A stretch of DNA of 64,000 bases from a virus (lineage: Duplodnaviria > Caudoviricetes), in the IMG/VR virus record IMGVR_UViG_3300021400_000529, positions 64,001-128,000 of that record. One strand, written 5' to 3'. The number at the start of each line of letters is the position of its first letter. The first letter of the stretch is position 1. Under the pieces are notes generated by a model. That model saw only the letters and a program-made list of their open reading frames with translations, was not told the DNA's origin and searched no databases. Both the position numbers and the translations under genes were made by a program. This document shows positions 28,987-39,010 of this stretch, piece after piece.

Positions 28987-30147
28987 ATGACAAGAACAAC
29001 GATTGGAAATTCAACAGTATCTGAAGGTCAAGCGGAAACCACATATGTAATTCCTGGAGATACAAGTCCCGGTGTTCATACTATTTATGCAAATTATCTT
29101 GAAAACGATAATTACATGAGTAGTAGTGGATACAATACAGCTGAAATAAGGATACCAACAGTAACTACTATTTCTGATGTTCTGGCCAGTATTGGTGAAA
29201 CTGCTACTTTCACTGCTAATGTGAAATATAATACTACTCAGAATGTGAATGAGGGTACAGTGCAATTTCAGATGGGTGGTGTAAACATTGGAACTCCCGT
29301 GAATGTTAGTAATGGTGTTGCCACACTTCAATATGAAATTCCATCTAATGCTACTGATGGAACTGCCATAAAGGCTATTTTCATTGAAACAAACATTTAT
29401 GGTGCTTCCCAATCAGCAAATGGTACTTTGAATATCCGTGAGGGTACGAATGTAAGTATTCAAAGTATTTCTGCTAATCGTGGTAGTCAAGCAACTATTA
29501 CTGCGGAAATCACTGATAGTGGTGGTGATCCTGTGATTTCTGGTCAAGCTCAGTTGTATATTGATAATACTGCAAGTGGTTCTCCTGTAAATGTTAGTAA
29601 TGGTAGTGTGTCTTTCACTTATACCGTTGCTAATAATGCTGTGTTGGGTGGTCATACTATCAAGGTTTCATATCTTCAGAATAGTACATATGATCCAGCT
29701 GATGGAACTGCCACATTAACAATTAGAACACCAACTTCAATAACTCCAGTAAACATTTCTGCTAACAAGGGTGCAACGGTAACACTTACTGTACGGATTA
29801 CTGATATTAATTCAACATCTGTACCTGAAGGAACTGTTAGTATAATTGTAGGAGAGGGTGAAGGAGTTAGTGCTAATGTTGGATTGAATGGTGAAGCAAG
29901 TATTAGTTATAACGTTCCTTCAAATGCTAGTGGTACTATTAATTTCAATGCTGTTTATATTGAAAACAATAATTATGAATCCAGTAGTACTGTTACGGCT
30001 GGTGTGCTTACAATACGAAAAGGTACTGTTGTAATTGTAGATAGTATTAAAGCAGAACTTGGAGATACAATCACATTATCTTCAACAGTTACTGATGAGG
30101 ATAGTGAACTTGTAGATACTGGAACTGTTACTTATGAAATAGAATAG
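28987..30147 (+). CDS. Circularly permuted Ig-repeat protein (half + 3 + half domains)
   Basis: Three complete Big_3-like repeats flanked by complementary half-domains; ATG at 28987. Confidence 0.8.
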   Translation: MTRTTIGNSTVSEGQAETTYVIPGDTSPGVHTIYANYLENDNYMSSSGYNTAEIRIPTVTTISDVLASIGETATFTANVKYNTTQNVNEGTVQFQMGGVNIGTPVNVSNGVATLQYEIPSNATDGTAIKAIFIETNIYGASQSANGTLNIREGTNVSIQSISANRGSQATITAEITDSGGDPVISGQAQLYIDNTASGSPVNVSNGSVSFTYTVANNAVLGGHTIKVSYLQNSTYDPADGTATLTIRTPTSITPVNISANKGATVTLTVRITDINSTSVPEGTVSIIVGEGEGVSANVGLNGEASISYNVPSNASGTINFNAVYIENNNYESSSTVTAGVLTIRKGTVVIVDSIKAELGDTITLSSTVTDEDSELVDTGTVTYEIE

Positions 30148-30186
30148 AGGATGAAAAAATAACAATATAATAAAATTGAGGTAATA

Positions 30187-30600
30187 ATGGCAGAAACAAC
30201 AAAAACATTATACCAAACAGACATTTTTATTAATAAACAACCGGTAGGATGGGCTAAGGAAATTAGTTTTGACATAGATTATGGGAATGAACAAGAACCT
30301 ACACATAGTGGTAGAATGACTCATAACAGTAAATATCCTGGTTGTGAAATTAGTATTACAAAACTTACTAAGTTTGAATCTGTTAAGGAAAATCAGTTTA
30401 TTGATGCTATTGACACTCTTGCTGAACAGGGTGGTACTGTGACCATGATTACTAAAGAACCTGGGGGTACTTTGGTAATAAATGCTTATGATTGTCGTCC
30501 TGATAGTGAACAATGGAGTAATAATGCTGATGAGTTCCTTGAAATTGAATTAACTCTGCAAGGTGAAAGCTTTGACAGAGAATTCAGAGCTTCAACATAG
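30187..30600 (+). CDS. Tail tube protein
   Basis: 137 aa, beta-rich; sits after the sheath and before the chaperone; GAGG RBS. Confidence 0.7.
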   Translation: MAETTKTLYQTDIFINKQPVGWAKEISFDIDYGNEQEPTHSGRMTHNSKYPGCEISITKLTKFESVKENQFIDAIDTLAEQGGTVTMITKEPGGTLVINAYDCRPDSEQWSNNADEFLEIELTLQGESFDREFRAST

Positions 30601-30695
30601 AATGATAAATAATATGATATAGTTAATGGTTAGACTATAATAAAAAAAGGATAATTAAAACATGATGGACATCTTTCTCTCTTTTTATATTACAT

Positions 30696-30801
30696 AAAGG
30701 GAATATGTGGGGTGATGGTTGGATGAAAAATTCATTACATAATGTTTTACTATTCCAACCATTTTTTTTATGATTACCACCTAATGTTTCCCTTTTTTTT
30801 T
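30696..30801 (+). terminator. Long imperfect stem-loop plus T-tract after the tube gene
   Basis: AAAGGGAA/TTCCCTTT, GTGG/CCAC and ATGGTTGGA/TCCAACCAT arms. Confidence 0.55.
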
Positions 30802-30912
30802 GATAAAATAATAAAAAAAAATTATAATTTTGTACATTTATTTTTAAAGATCATAGTTTTACTTGAGTTGCAAAAAAAATGATAATACATTAAGATGGTG
30901 TGGTGACATACA

Positions 30913-31545
30913 ATGAATGAAGTAGAATATGCTAAGAAAATGGCAGAAATAGAAGAACACGAAAATAAAAACAAACCAAAAGAAGATGCTCAGAAACCAT
31001 TTCCAAATGGAATAGATGATAGAAAAGTAACATCCGAGGATGTGGATGAACTTATCAAAAAAGCTGAAGAAATAAAACAACCTCATGAAATAGAAAAAGC
31101 AGAAGAGAAAGAAAAAGAGGAAGAGGAAGAGGTACAAGATGAGAATGCTCGTTTAAAGAAAATGATAGGATTACGAGAATTCATGAAAACCGAAGAATTC
31201 CTAAGACTTGGAACTAAAGCAAGAATTCCAGTACCATTAGACATAAATGGTTATGAAGTCAAAGTGTTTGTCCGTGCTTTAAGCCGTAATGAAATTCAAG
31301 CCTGTAGAATACAAGCACAGAACACCGATGATGACATGGATTTCCTCGCAGTATTGAAAGCATGTACTGATGAGAATGGTGTTCCATTTGAAAGGGAAGT
31401 GTTGGATCAACTGGGTTATGCTCGTATAAGAGATATTAGTGAGGCAATAGGTATTGCGAGTGGTGAAAACCCATCCAACCTCGAGTCCAACATCCGTAAA
31501 AAAGTTATAGATAACTTTCTACAAAAAATTGAGGATGAAACCTAA
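30913..31545 (+). CDS. Tail assembly chaperone
   Basis: Between tube and tape measure; VFVRALS..E ... I.EAIG.ASG pattern typical of myoviral chaperones. Confidence 0.65.
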   Translation: MNEVEYAKKMAEIEEHENKNKPKEDAQKPFPNGIDDRKVTSEDVDELIKKAEEIKQPHEIEKAEEKEKEEEEEVQDENARLKKMIGLREFMKTEEFLRLGTKARIPVPLDINGYEVKVFVRALSRNEIQACRIQAQNTDDDMDFLAVLKACTDENGVPFEREVLDQLGYARIRDISEAIGIASGENPSNLESNIRKKVIDNFLQKIEDET

Positions 31546-31726
31546 TGGTGACTTAAGTCACATCACATGGGTTTACTGGTCCAGTGGATATGACCCCCAA
31601 GCCGTGTTTTATAATTATCCTGAATTAACTATGATACAGGAATTGTGTCTGATATATATTTTTAACCATATTATATCATATAAAAGTAAAATGAGTAAGG
31701 GCAATGTTTTCCCAATAGTACCATAA
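31535..31726 (+). CDS. Tail chaperone downstream ORF (G-T-like extension)
   Basis: Overlaps the chaperone 3' end in the +1 frame; short; YPELT..Q pattern. Confidence 0.5.
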   Translation: MKPNGDLSHITWVYWSSGYDPQAVFYNYPELTMIQELCLIYIFNHIISYKSKMSKGNVFPIVP

Positions 31727-31850
31727 AAAAAAATGATATACTTCTTTTTTGTGGTTAAAATTAATCTATGCGAGCGGAACATTGCCCTTCTATTTTTTTT
31801 ATATAACTTTTTATTACATAAAATCTGGTGAGGTGTGTTAGAGTATATAT

Positions 31851-32720
31851 ATGTCTGATGAATTTGAAGCATTTAAACGCAATATAAAAGCCATAACATC
31901 TTCCGAACTAAATAGTACCCATAGTCTCATAGGAACAATAGTGGATTATACTGATGACATGAAATATTGTGATGTTAAAGTTAGAATGAAGGGTGGTGTT
32001 CATACTTTTGGCAATGTGCCAGCTCATGGCTTTCCAGTAGTTGGTAGTAGTGGTGTTATTCATTTTCATGATGGAAATATTGAACAACCTTTTTGTGATT
32101 GTGAGTATAGGTTGAATCCTCCTGATGAGTATGTTGTTAAAGACATTACTAAGCATTGTTATAACTGGTTAGATAATGGAGATTTTCGATTTGGTGGTGA
32201 AGGATATACTTCAGAAAATGGGAAAGGAAACATACAATTATATGATGAAGGATATACGTCACAGGGAAAAGGATGTATTCTTAATGAGATTGGTTCATAT
32301 ATTGAGTTTCATGTTGATTTGAGTGAATGCAAAACAAAGTATTTTAAATTCCAATGTTTCTACAGAGGATTAGATTATCTGAGAGTGGAATGTTATAATG
32401 AGGACACTGGGGTTGTAATACAAAACTTACCTACAACCCTTGCACATGATTATAAGATATGGACTTCATCACTTGGCAGATTCAAATGGGCATACAATAA
32501 AGAAGTTTACCCATTTGTAAATCAAGATGAAATGACACTTAATGAACATGTGGTTATACGATTGAGCTGTGTTGAAGGTCAATCAAATAATTTGATTGCT
32601 GAAAGACGATACCAAGGAGTTGAAGTGGATGGATTACTTGTTTACAGTGAAAATGGAGATAACAAGTATTACCCATCAAGAAATGATATGTTAAAACAAT
32701 ATAATTTAAACACAAACTAG
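31851..32720 (+). CDS. Baseplate spike-like protein (OB-fold) with C-terminal carbohydrate-binding-like domain
   Basis: IGTIVDY...CDVK...NVP...PVVG..GVIHF.DG...P gpV-like OB pattern; NWLDNGDF starts a CBM-like domain. Confidence 0.5.
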   Translation: MSDEFEAFKRNIKAITSSELNSTHSLIGTIVDYTDDMKYCDVKVRMKGGVHTFGNVPAHGFPVVGSSGVIHFHDGNIEQPFCDCEYRLNPPDEYVVKDITKHCYNWLDNGDFRFGGEGYTSENGKGNIQLYDEGYTSQGKGCILNEIGSYIEFHVDLSECKTKYFKFQCFYRGLDYLRVECYNEDTGVVIQNLPTTLAHDYKIWTSSLGRFKWAYNKEVYPFVNQDEMTLNEHVVIRLSCVEGQSNNLIAERRYQGVEVDGLLVYSENGDNKYYPSRNDMLKQYNLNTN

Positions 32721-32816
32721 AAGAAAACAAGGAAAAAACATAAACTCTGAAGTAGAATATGGGAAAAAACTGAAAAACAGAATAAAAAAGTTAAAAGTGT
32801 GGAGAATTAAACCAAA

Positions 32817-35800
32817 ATGGGTGCAAGAAAGGATTATGTAATAAATGTTTCACTAGATGGAGATGCTAGTGGACTTAAACCATTACAAGATAGCCTAAAA
32901 CAAATAGAAGACAAGGCAGAAAGCATCAACACACTGGATATAGGAGTTGGTGTCCATGTAGATGGTAACTTTGAAAAAGTACTCAACAACATAGAAGGAC
33001 ACTTAAGTAGCATCTCCAAAACAGTTGAAGCAAGAGTAAATGTTGGCGGAAACTGGGACCGAGAACTGAAAAACATAAGAACACTCAGTGAAGGTATAAT
33101 ACAAGAACAAGACCTTAAAATCCAAGTAGACACACATAATGCTGAACGAGGATTCAAAGAAATTCGTGAAGCTGTAGGATCAACCATCCGAGAAATAGGA
33201 ACACTCAACACTATGAATACCATAGATATGAGTTCTGGAATAGTCAGAGGATTTCAAAGTGTTAACAATGAAATTAGCAAAACAAGGGATGCCTTATCAA
33301 CACTTGGAAGTAGTGGTGGAAGTGATGTAGGAAGAAAAATTGCTAATGACTTTAATGATGCAGCTAACCAAGTAGGGAACATACAGAAAAACCTTAACAA
33401 TCTAAAAGCACCACAAATTGATATGGGAGCATACTATGGAAGTTATGATCAATTGGGTCATTTGAATATGGGTGCTGTTGGTGGTAGTCGTATACTTTCC
33501 ATGCTTGGATTGAATGGATTTAGAAGTCTTACGTGGGGTAATGCTTCCACAGAACAAACCAACATGATTCTCTCCAAAAAAATGGATAGGGACGACATAG
33601 CAAAGGGAACTGGATATTATCTTGCTGGTAAATCCTATGAAGGTGGAACGGATACTATTACCCACGCTGTTGCTCAAAGAAGAACTGTCAGGAACCCTGA
33701 CCTTATTGCTCAATTGTATGCGTTTAAACAAGCTACTGGTGCTACTAATGAACAGTTAATGACCAACGTGTTTGGTAATGAGGAAGACCTCGAATATGGT
33801 AGTGGCAGTGGTGTAGACATTATCGCAGCATTTGGAGAAAACGTGGCTTTGCAGACAGGTAGTGAACAACTTGGTACAAGTGCAATGTTCGACCTTGCTA
33901 AAGCATTTGGTGGTCAATATGCTGCTGTAGATCAATATGGTATCAGTGAGGAATCACTTAAAAGAGCGGGGTATGACCCTAAGAAAGACAAAGATCATAA
34001 AGATGTTGAAGGATACTTGGCAGCTGTTGGTAAAATTATTGGTGCTGATGCTCCGAATGAGTTGATGGATACTACTGAGGGTGGTTTAACTCAGGTTAGG
34101 AAGAGATTCCACCGTGCTGGTAGGGAAATCGGTCAACTTATGATGGGACCAGTTGATTTCTTATCCAACCTTTTCCTACGATTTGACACTAAAGATTTAA
34201 ACTTATTCGGTTTCAACATTCCTAAAGGTACATTCACAAAGGCATTAATTGGTATTACTGGACTTGTATCGGCTATTGGTCCATTTCAGGAAACATTGAA
34301 TGCTGTTCATCAAACCTTTGACAAAGTAACGGGTGCCATGAAAACAGCTGTTACTGGTGTGGGAAACCTTACTGAACGAATAGTGGCATTAGGTAATGCA
34401 AGTAAAGCTTCTGAATTCAGAGAACTTGGTGCTAAAGGAATACTTGCTCGTGAGGAATATGAAAGATTACATCCAACAGAAGTAATGGATGCTCGATTAT
34501 CACAGATTCAAAGTAAACGTGGTGTTCATGACTACAATGATTTTGACATAGACCGTAGTGATATGACTTGGAGTCAGAAACGAAGAACTAAAGCTGGACG
34601 AAACCTTGACTCATTAATCTATGACCTTGAGGGTGGTATGGATGAGAAAACACGCCACGAAATAATAATGCAAGCCCAACGCCAATCTGCTGATGAAAAA
34701 ACAGTTAACGAATGGAAGAAAAGAGCCAAAGAAAGAGGTGAACACTTCAAGATGGACCGGATGGGTGCCGGTCAATACATTGAAGCGGAACTATTAAAAG
34801 ATTGGGAACATGGTAAAAAGAATGAAATAAGTGAACTTTCCAGTTGGCAGAAACTCAAAAGGGGTGCTAAAGGTAGTTTCAAACCACAGACAACTGCTTT
34901 CTCTAAAGCAATGAAAACTGAGATGGACAAATACTCTGAGGATTCACGATGGAATGTTATAAAGAAAAATACTGTTGGAAGATTTAAGGGAGCAAAATCT
35001 GGTTTGAAATCCATGACTGGTAAGGGTGGTTTCATCAATTCTTTCAAAAGTTTGGGCAGTGTTCTTGGTGGTGTTGTAAGTGCCCTTAACCCTGTCACCA
35101 TAGCCTTTTATGCATTGATGGGTGTTCTCGGAATAATTGGTGGAACATTAATGTATGCTTATGCTAACTTTGAATCAGTCCGTGAAAAGATTGGATTGTT
35201 ACAAGAGAAATTTGGTAAATTAATGGATTCCATATTCTATCTTGTAGGAGATATTCTCGGATTTATCAGTGGTTCTGGTGAAGGAGGTAAGTCTGGCCTT
35301 GAAACTGGTGTTGGCCGTGCTATAAATGTGGTTAATGATTTAATTGATGTGCTCTATGATGTTATACAAGCCATTACTGGCCGTGATGTTGAAAGAGAAA
35401 AGAAAGCTGAACCATTAAGAAAACAATTTGATGATACATGGAAAAGTATCAAAGAAGAGGAAGAAAAGAATGGTGGTCCTCACACGGCAAGTCGTGATAA
35501 GTATCAGAAACTTGTTAACACATCAGACCAACTAAGAATGTATGACCCATCTTATGTTAATGAAGAAAAATTAAAAGAGATGGGATTATATGGCGAAGGG
35601 TACACTGATTCTAAAGGTACTACTTTGGCTGAACGTTTACTTACTCCTGCTGCGGATAGGAATCCTAATGATGATATAACTGAACAGTATAGTTATCTTG
35701 AGAAAGTTTTACCAGAACTTAAAGAGGAAGGAGTTACTTTTACTGAAGATGATAAGAAGAAAATAGCGGAATCGCTTAAGGATCCGGAAAATCTTCGTAA

Positions 35801-37544
35801 ATTTGACAGTGCCGTTGGAGATATAAAAGCACATAATAAAGTAGCACATGCTGGTAAAGATTGGGATGATACTGAATATGCTAAGTCTAATAGTGTATTT
35901 GATTCAGATAATACAGATGACAGAAAACCTGGAGATAGTGCATTAGGTAGGATTGTTGATCCTATACTGACAGTATTAGACGCAATTAAATGGATAACTA
36001 TGGCTATTCTTGCGGCAATAGCTGTTGATAAAGCTTTAAATATTTTGAACAGTATTGCTCGTAATGGTGGTGTTCGTGGTGCCATTGATGAGTACTTAGA
36101 GAAAGAGTTACCTGACTTATATCCTGAAGCAAAGGATAGATGGGAGAAACATAGAAACCATGGTGGCTCAGATGACATTCCTTCCGGCAAGAAAAAACCA
36201 GGAACTAAAACTAAAAATAAACATCCTGGTGGTGTTGACCCTGATAAAAAAACAAAGATTGACCCTAATAAGTCGATGGATGATGTTGCTGATGAGCTTC
36301 ATGATTTAGCAGAAGAAACCAAGAAAAACACTAAAAAACATGGTAAAAGTCGTGCTAACAGATTTTTAGATAGTGGTATTGGTAAACGATTATTCCCTGA
36401 GGGCAGTAGAAGGAAAGGGGTGTTTAACAGAATACGTGGAATTAATTCTGAAAGTATTGGTACTGGACTGGTAAGTCTTGGAAGAGATATTGAAGCCAAG
36501 GGTGGTTTAACCAATTATGTTAAAGATTTGGAAAAAGTTAAATCACTTACTGGTTGGATTGAAAAGAAATTACCTCATCTTACTAATTTCTTTAAAGGTG
36601 AAGGGTTTAAGAATTTTGTTTCAAGCATTAAAAATGGATTATCATCTATTGGAAAACATCTTCATCTTACTGGTGAGGGTGGATTATTTGGAAAAATCCT
36701 TGCTAAATTTGGTTTAGATAAGGGTGGTGGAAGTGTTATTTCCAAGATACTATCTAAGATTGGTGGTAAAATCTTTTCAAGAGGACTTGTTGGAGCAATT
36801 CCTATTATTGGTCAGATTATAGATGCATTGTGGTTGGCTTGGGATTTAACCTCAATGATTGGTGATTTCTTACATTCTATGGGTGTTCCTGAATGGATTA
36901 TTGAGATGATTATGCCTTTAAGAATTATTCAGAATCATTGGAATGATATTATTAATGCTGCCACAGGTTTTGGTCAATGGCTTACTAATGGTCTTAGAAG
37001 TATAGGATTGGATGCTCTTGCTGACGGTCTGGAATGGTTATGGCAGAAGATTGTTGAAATATATAATGGTATTCAAAATATTCCTGTTATTGGTTGGCTT
37101 ATTCCGGGTGACCCTATTGAAACTGACGGTGGTGCTAATGAAACTGGAAGTGTTGCTAAGGAAACTAGTGAAAACACTACGGCTACAACGGAAAGTATAA
37201 ATTCAACAAATGCATTGAATGATACACTTAATTCATCAACTTCACCTTCATTCAGTGGAACAAATACCACTAATGCTTTAGACCCTAATTATGGTGCCAA
37301 TACTCAAGTGGGTTATTCTTTGAATAATGTCAATACCAGTATGCAAGGTAATTTACAGAATCCTAATACAGTAAATAACACCAACAATACAAGTCCAATG
37401 GTGATAAACAATAACATGGATATTAGTGGAGTTACTGATGAGGAAGATCTTGGTAGGATGATTATGAATTATATTAATCAACATTTATTCTGGGATGCTC
37501 AAAGGGCTGGTAGGACAGTTGATAATAATCAGGGAGGATTCTGA
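32817..37544 (+). CDS. Tape measure protein
   Basis: 1575 aa, helical with hydrophobic stretches; follows the chaperone. Confidence 0.85.
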   Translation: MGARKDYVINVSLDGDASGLKPLQDSLKQIEDKAESINTLDIGVGVHVDGNFEKVLNNIEGHLSSISKTVEARVNVGGNWDRELKNIRTLSEGIIQEQDLKIQVDTHNAERGFKEIREAVGSTIREIGTLNTMNTIDMSSGIVRGFQSVNNEISKTRDALSTLGSSGGSDVGRKIANDFNDAANQVGNIQKNLNNLKAPQIDMGAYYGSYDQLGHLNMGAVGGSRILSMLGLNGFRSLTWGNASTEQTNMILSKKMDRDDIAKGTGYYLAGKSYEGGTDTITHAVAQRRTVRNPDLIAQLYAFKQATGATNEQLMTNVFGNEEDLEYGSGSGVDIIAAFGENVALQTGSEQLGTSAMFDLAKAFGGQYAAVDQYGISEESLKRAGYDPKKDKDHKDVEGYLAAVGKIIGADAPNELMDTTEGGLTQVRKRFHRAGREIGQLMMGPVDFLSNLFLRFDTKDLNLFGFNIPKGTFTKALIGITGLVSAIGPFQETLNAVHQTFDKVTGAMKTAVTGVGNLTERIVALGNASKASEFRELGAKGILAREEYERLHPTEVMDARLSQIQSKRGVHDYNDFDIDRSDMTWSQKRRTKAGRNLDSLIYDLEGGMDEKTRHEIIMQAQRQSADEKTVNEWKKRAKERGEHFKMDRMGAGQYIEAELLKDWEHGKKNEISELSSWQKLKRGAKGSFKPQTTAFSKAMKTEMDKYSEDSRWNVIKKNTVGRFKGAKSGLKSMTGKGGFINSFKSLGSVLGGVVSALNPVTIAFYALMGVLGIIGGTLMYAYANFESVREKIGLLQEKFGKLMDSIFYLVGDILGFISGSGEGGKSGLETGVGRAINVVNDLIDVLYDVIQAITGRDVEREKKAEPLRKQFDDTWKSIKEEEEKNGGPHTASRDKYQKLVNTSDQLRMYDPSYVNEEKLKEMGLYGEGYTDSKGTTLAERLLTPAADRNPNDDITEQYSYLEKVLPELKEEGVTFTEDDKKKIAESLKDPENLRKFDSAVGDIKAHNKVAHAGKDWDDTEYAKSNSVFDSDNTDDRKPGDSALGRIVDPILTVLDAIKWITMAILAAIAVDKALNILNSIARNGGVRGAIDEYLEKELPDLYPEAKDRWEKHRNHGGSDDIPSGKKKPGTKTKNKHPGGVDPDKKTKIDPNKSMDDVADELHDLAEETKKNTKKHGKSRANRFLDSGIGKRLFPEGSRRKGVFNRIRGINSESIGTGLVSLGRDIEAKGGLTNYVKDLEKVKSLTGWIEKKLPHLTNFFKGEGFKNFVSSIKNGLSSIGKHLHLTGEGGLFGKILAKFGLDKGGGSVISKILSKIGGKIFSRGLVGAIPIIGQIIDALWLAWDLTSMIGDFLHSMGVPEWIIEMIMPLRIIQNHWNDIINAATGFGQWLTNGLRSIGLDALADGLEWLWQKIVEIYNGIQNIPVIGWLIPGDPIETDGGANETGSVAKETSENTTATTESINSTNALNDTLNSSTSPSFSGTNTTNALDPNYGANTQVGYSLNNVNTSMQGNLQNPNTVNNTNNTSPMVINNNMDISGVTDEEDLGRMIMNYINQHLFWDAQRAGRTVDNNQGGF

Positions 37545-37609
37545 TGATTTGTAAATTGAATCCTCTCTTTTTTCAAATATTTCTTTTTTATAGAGGCTGG
37601 TGATAACTG

Positions 37610-38485
37610 ATGGCAATATATGGACCAGACTATAATAAATATGCTCTTGATAATACTTCTTATCAAAGTTATGCTATTGATGAGCATAAACCGTGCTTTT
37701 ATATTAATGGACATAATTTTCAGATAGGAACTAATGCGGAGAGTAAACCTGAGATAAATCTTGTTGAGAATAAGATGTTTGTTGCAGGTAAGAGTTGGGG
37801 TTACACGGATATTCAATGGACTAACTTTAGTGGAACAACCTTGGATATTGAAGTTTATTCAAGAACTTATGAACTGTATCGTGGTGATCCGGTTCAACCG
37901 GCTAATGGTGGTATATCTGATTTTTATAGTGTGGGTAAAACACCTCATGCTGTGTTGAAGTATTGGGCTGAAACTTTCACGGTTTGTCATATTGAAACAA
38001 ATCTTCATGCTTTTGAACCTGGAGATTATGTGATTAAGGATATTAGTCAGAGAAATCCTGATGCTGATTTTGTTGTTACAAAGTTAACACTTATTCAGTA
38101 TGAACGCCCTGGTGAAATTGAACAGACTTATCATACTAACTTAACTATTACTCCTAAGAGTACTGCTTATCTTACTGCTCAAGTCAGTGAAGTTGAAAAG
38201 TTGGATAAGCATGCTCAATCTTGTAATTGTGATTCTGATACTCCGAGTGAGGAGTGTAATGCTACAAGTAATGATGAAGTTGCTATTGTTCAAAGATATT
38301 TGCAACAGTGGGGTTATTTTCCTAGTTATGTCCGGGGTGTTGGTAGAATACAGATTAATGGAAAATTTTGTTATCATACAACTCAAGCATTGAAAAATTT
38401 TCAGAAAAGTAGAGGTATTGAGATTACTGGAGCATTTGATGAAACAACAAAGAAAGAATTTGTAAAGAAATTACAGGGAATATAA
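37610..38485 (+). CDS. Tail-tube initiator-like protein with C-terminal PG_binding_1-like domain
   Basis: Follows the tape measure; C-terminus VAIVQRYL..WGY...NGKF...T.QALKNFQ...GI.ITG.FD..T. Confidence 0.6.
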   Translation: MAIYGPDYNKYALDNTSYQSYAIDEHKPCFYINGHNFQIGTNAESKPEINLVENKMFVAGKSWGYTDIQWTNFSGTTLDIEVYSRTYELYRGDPVQPANGGISDFYSVGKTPHAVLKYWAETFTVCHIETNLHAFEPGDYVIKDISQRNPDADFVVTKLTLIQYERPGEIEQTYHTNLTITPKSTAYLTAQVSEVEKLDKHAQSCNCDSDTPSEECNATSNDEVAIVQRYLQQWGYFPSYVRGVGRIQINGKFCYHTTQALKNFQKSRGIEITGAFDETTKKEFVKKLQGI

Positions 38486-38540
38486 GTACTTGTTTTATCT
38501 TTTTTTTTGATGTTATTATTTATTTTGAAGGTGATATGGG

Positions 38541-38987
38541 ATGGCAGAAAATAATACAGCTGATAGAAATGAAGATTGGTCAATTACTCTAAATGAAAAC
38601 CCAACAAATGATACTGGAAATGGTGGAGTAACAACCGAGGAAACCGAGGATGGACCAGTTGAAAATAAATATAATGATATGGACCCTTACTGGACTCCAA
38701 AGGAACAGGAAAGGGAATTTTCATCAGACACACCTGATGTTCGTATTTATATTAGTAGAGAAATTGTTCCAGAATCAACAGAAGAAGGAGAAGAAGGAAC
38801 TGGGGGTGAAGAAGGAAAAGTCACAACTCTTGAAGAAGCAATTGAAATTAATAGGAATTTGGCTGAAATATATTCCAAAGACCCTGATATAAACAATAAT
38901 AATACTTCTGTTGTTAAATTAAAAGGTGAGCAAATACTTGCTATGAATGCTATTGATAAACTGGATTTGAAGAATGCACCTAAATAA
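38541..38987 (+). CDS. Acidic protein with MxENN...W..TL leader
   Basis: N-terminus MAENNTADRNEDWSITL matches the three downstream paralogues; AAGGTGA RBS. Confidence 0.6.
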   Translation: MAENNTADRNEDWSITLNENPTNDTGNGGVTTEETEDGPVENKYNDMDPYWTPKEQEREFSSDTPDVRIYISREIVPESTEEGEEGTGGEEGKVTTLEEAIEINRNLAEIYSKDPDINNNNTSVVKLKGEQILAMNAIDKLDLKNAPK

Positions 38988-39010
38988 TGGGAATGTGTTG
39001 GTGGTAATGG

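Noticed and set aside
32817-32835. Tape measure starts MGARK, resembling MGKNR
   Set aside because: Only MG and general basicity match; not counted in the family.
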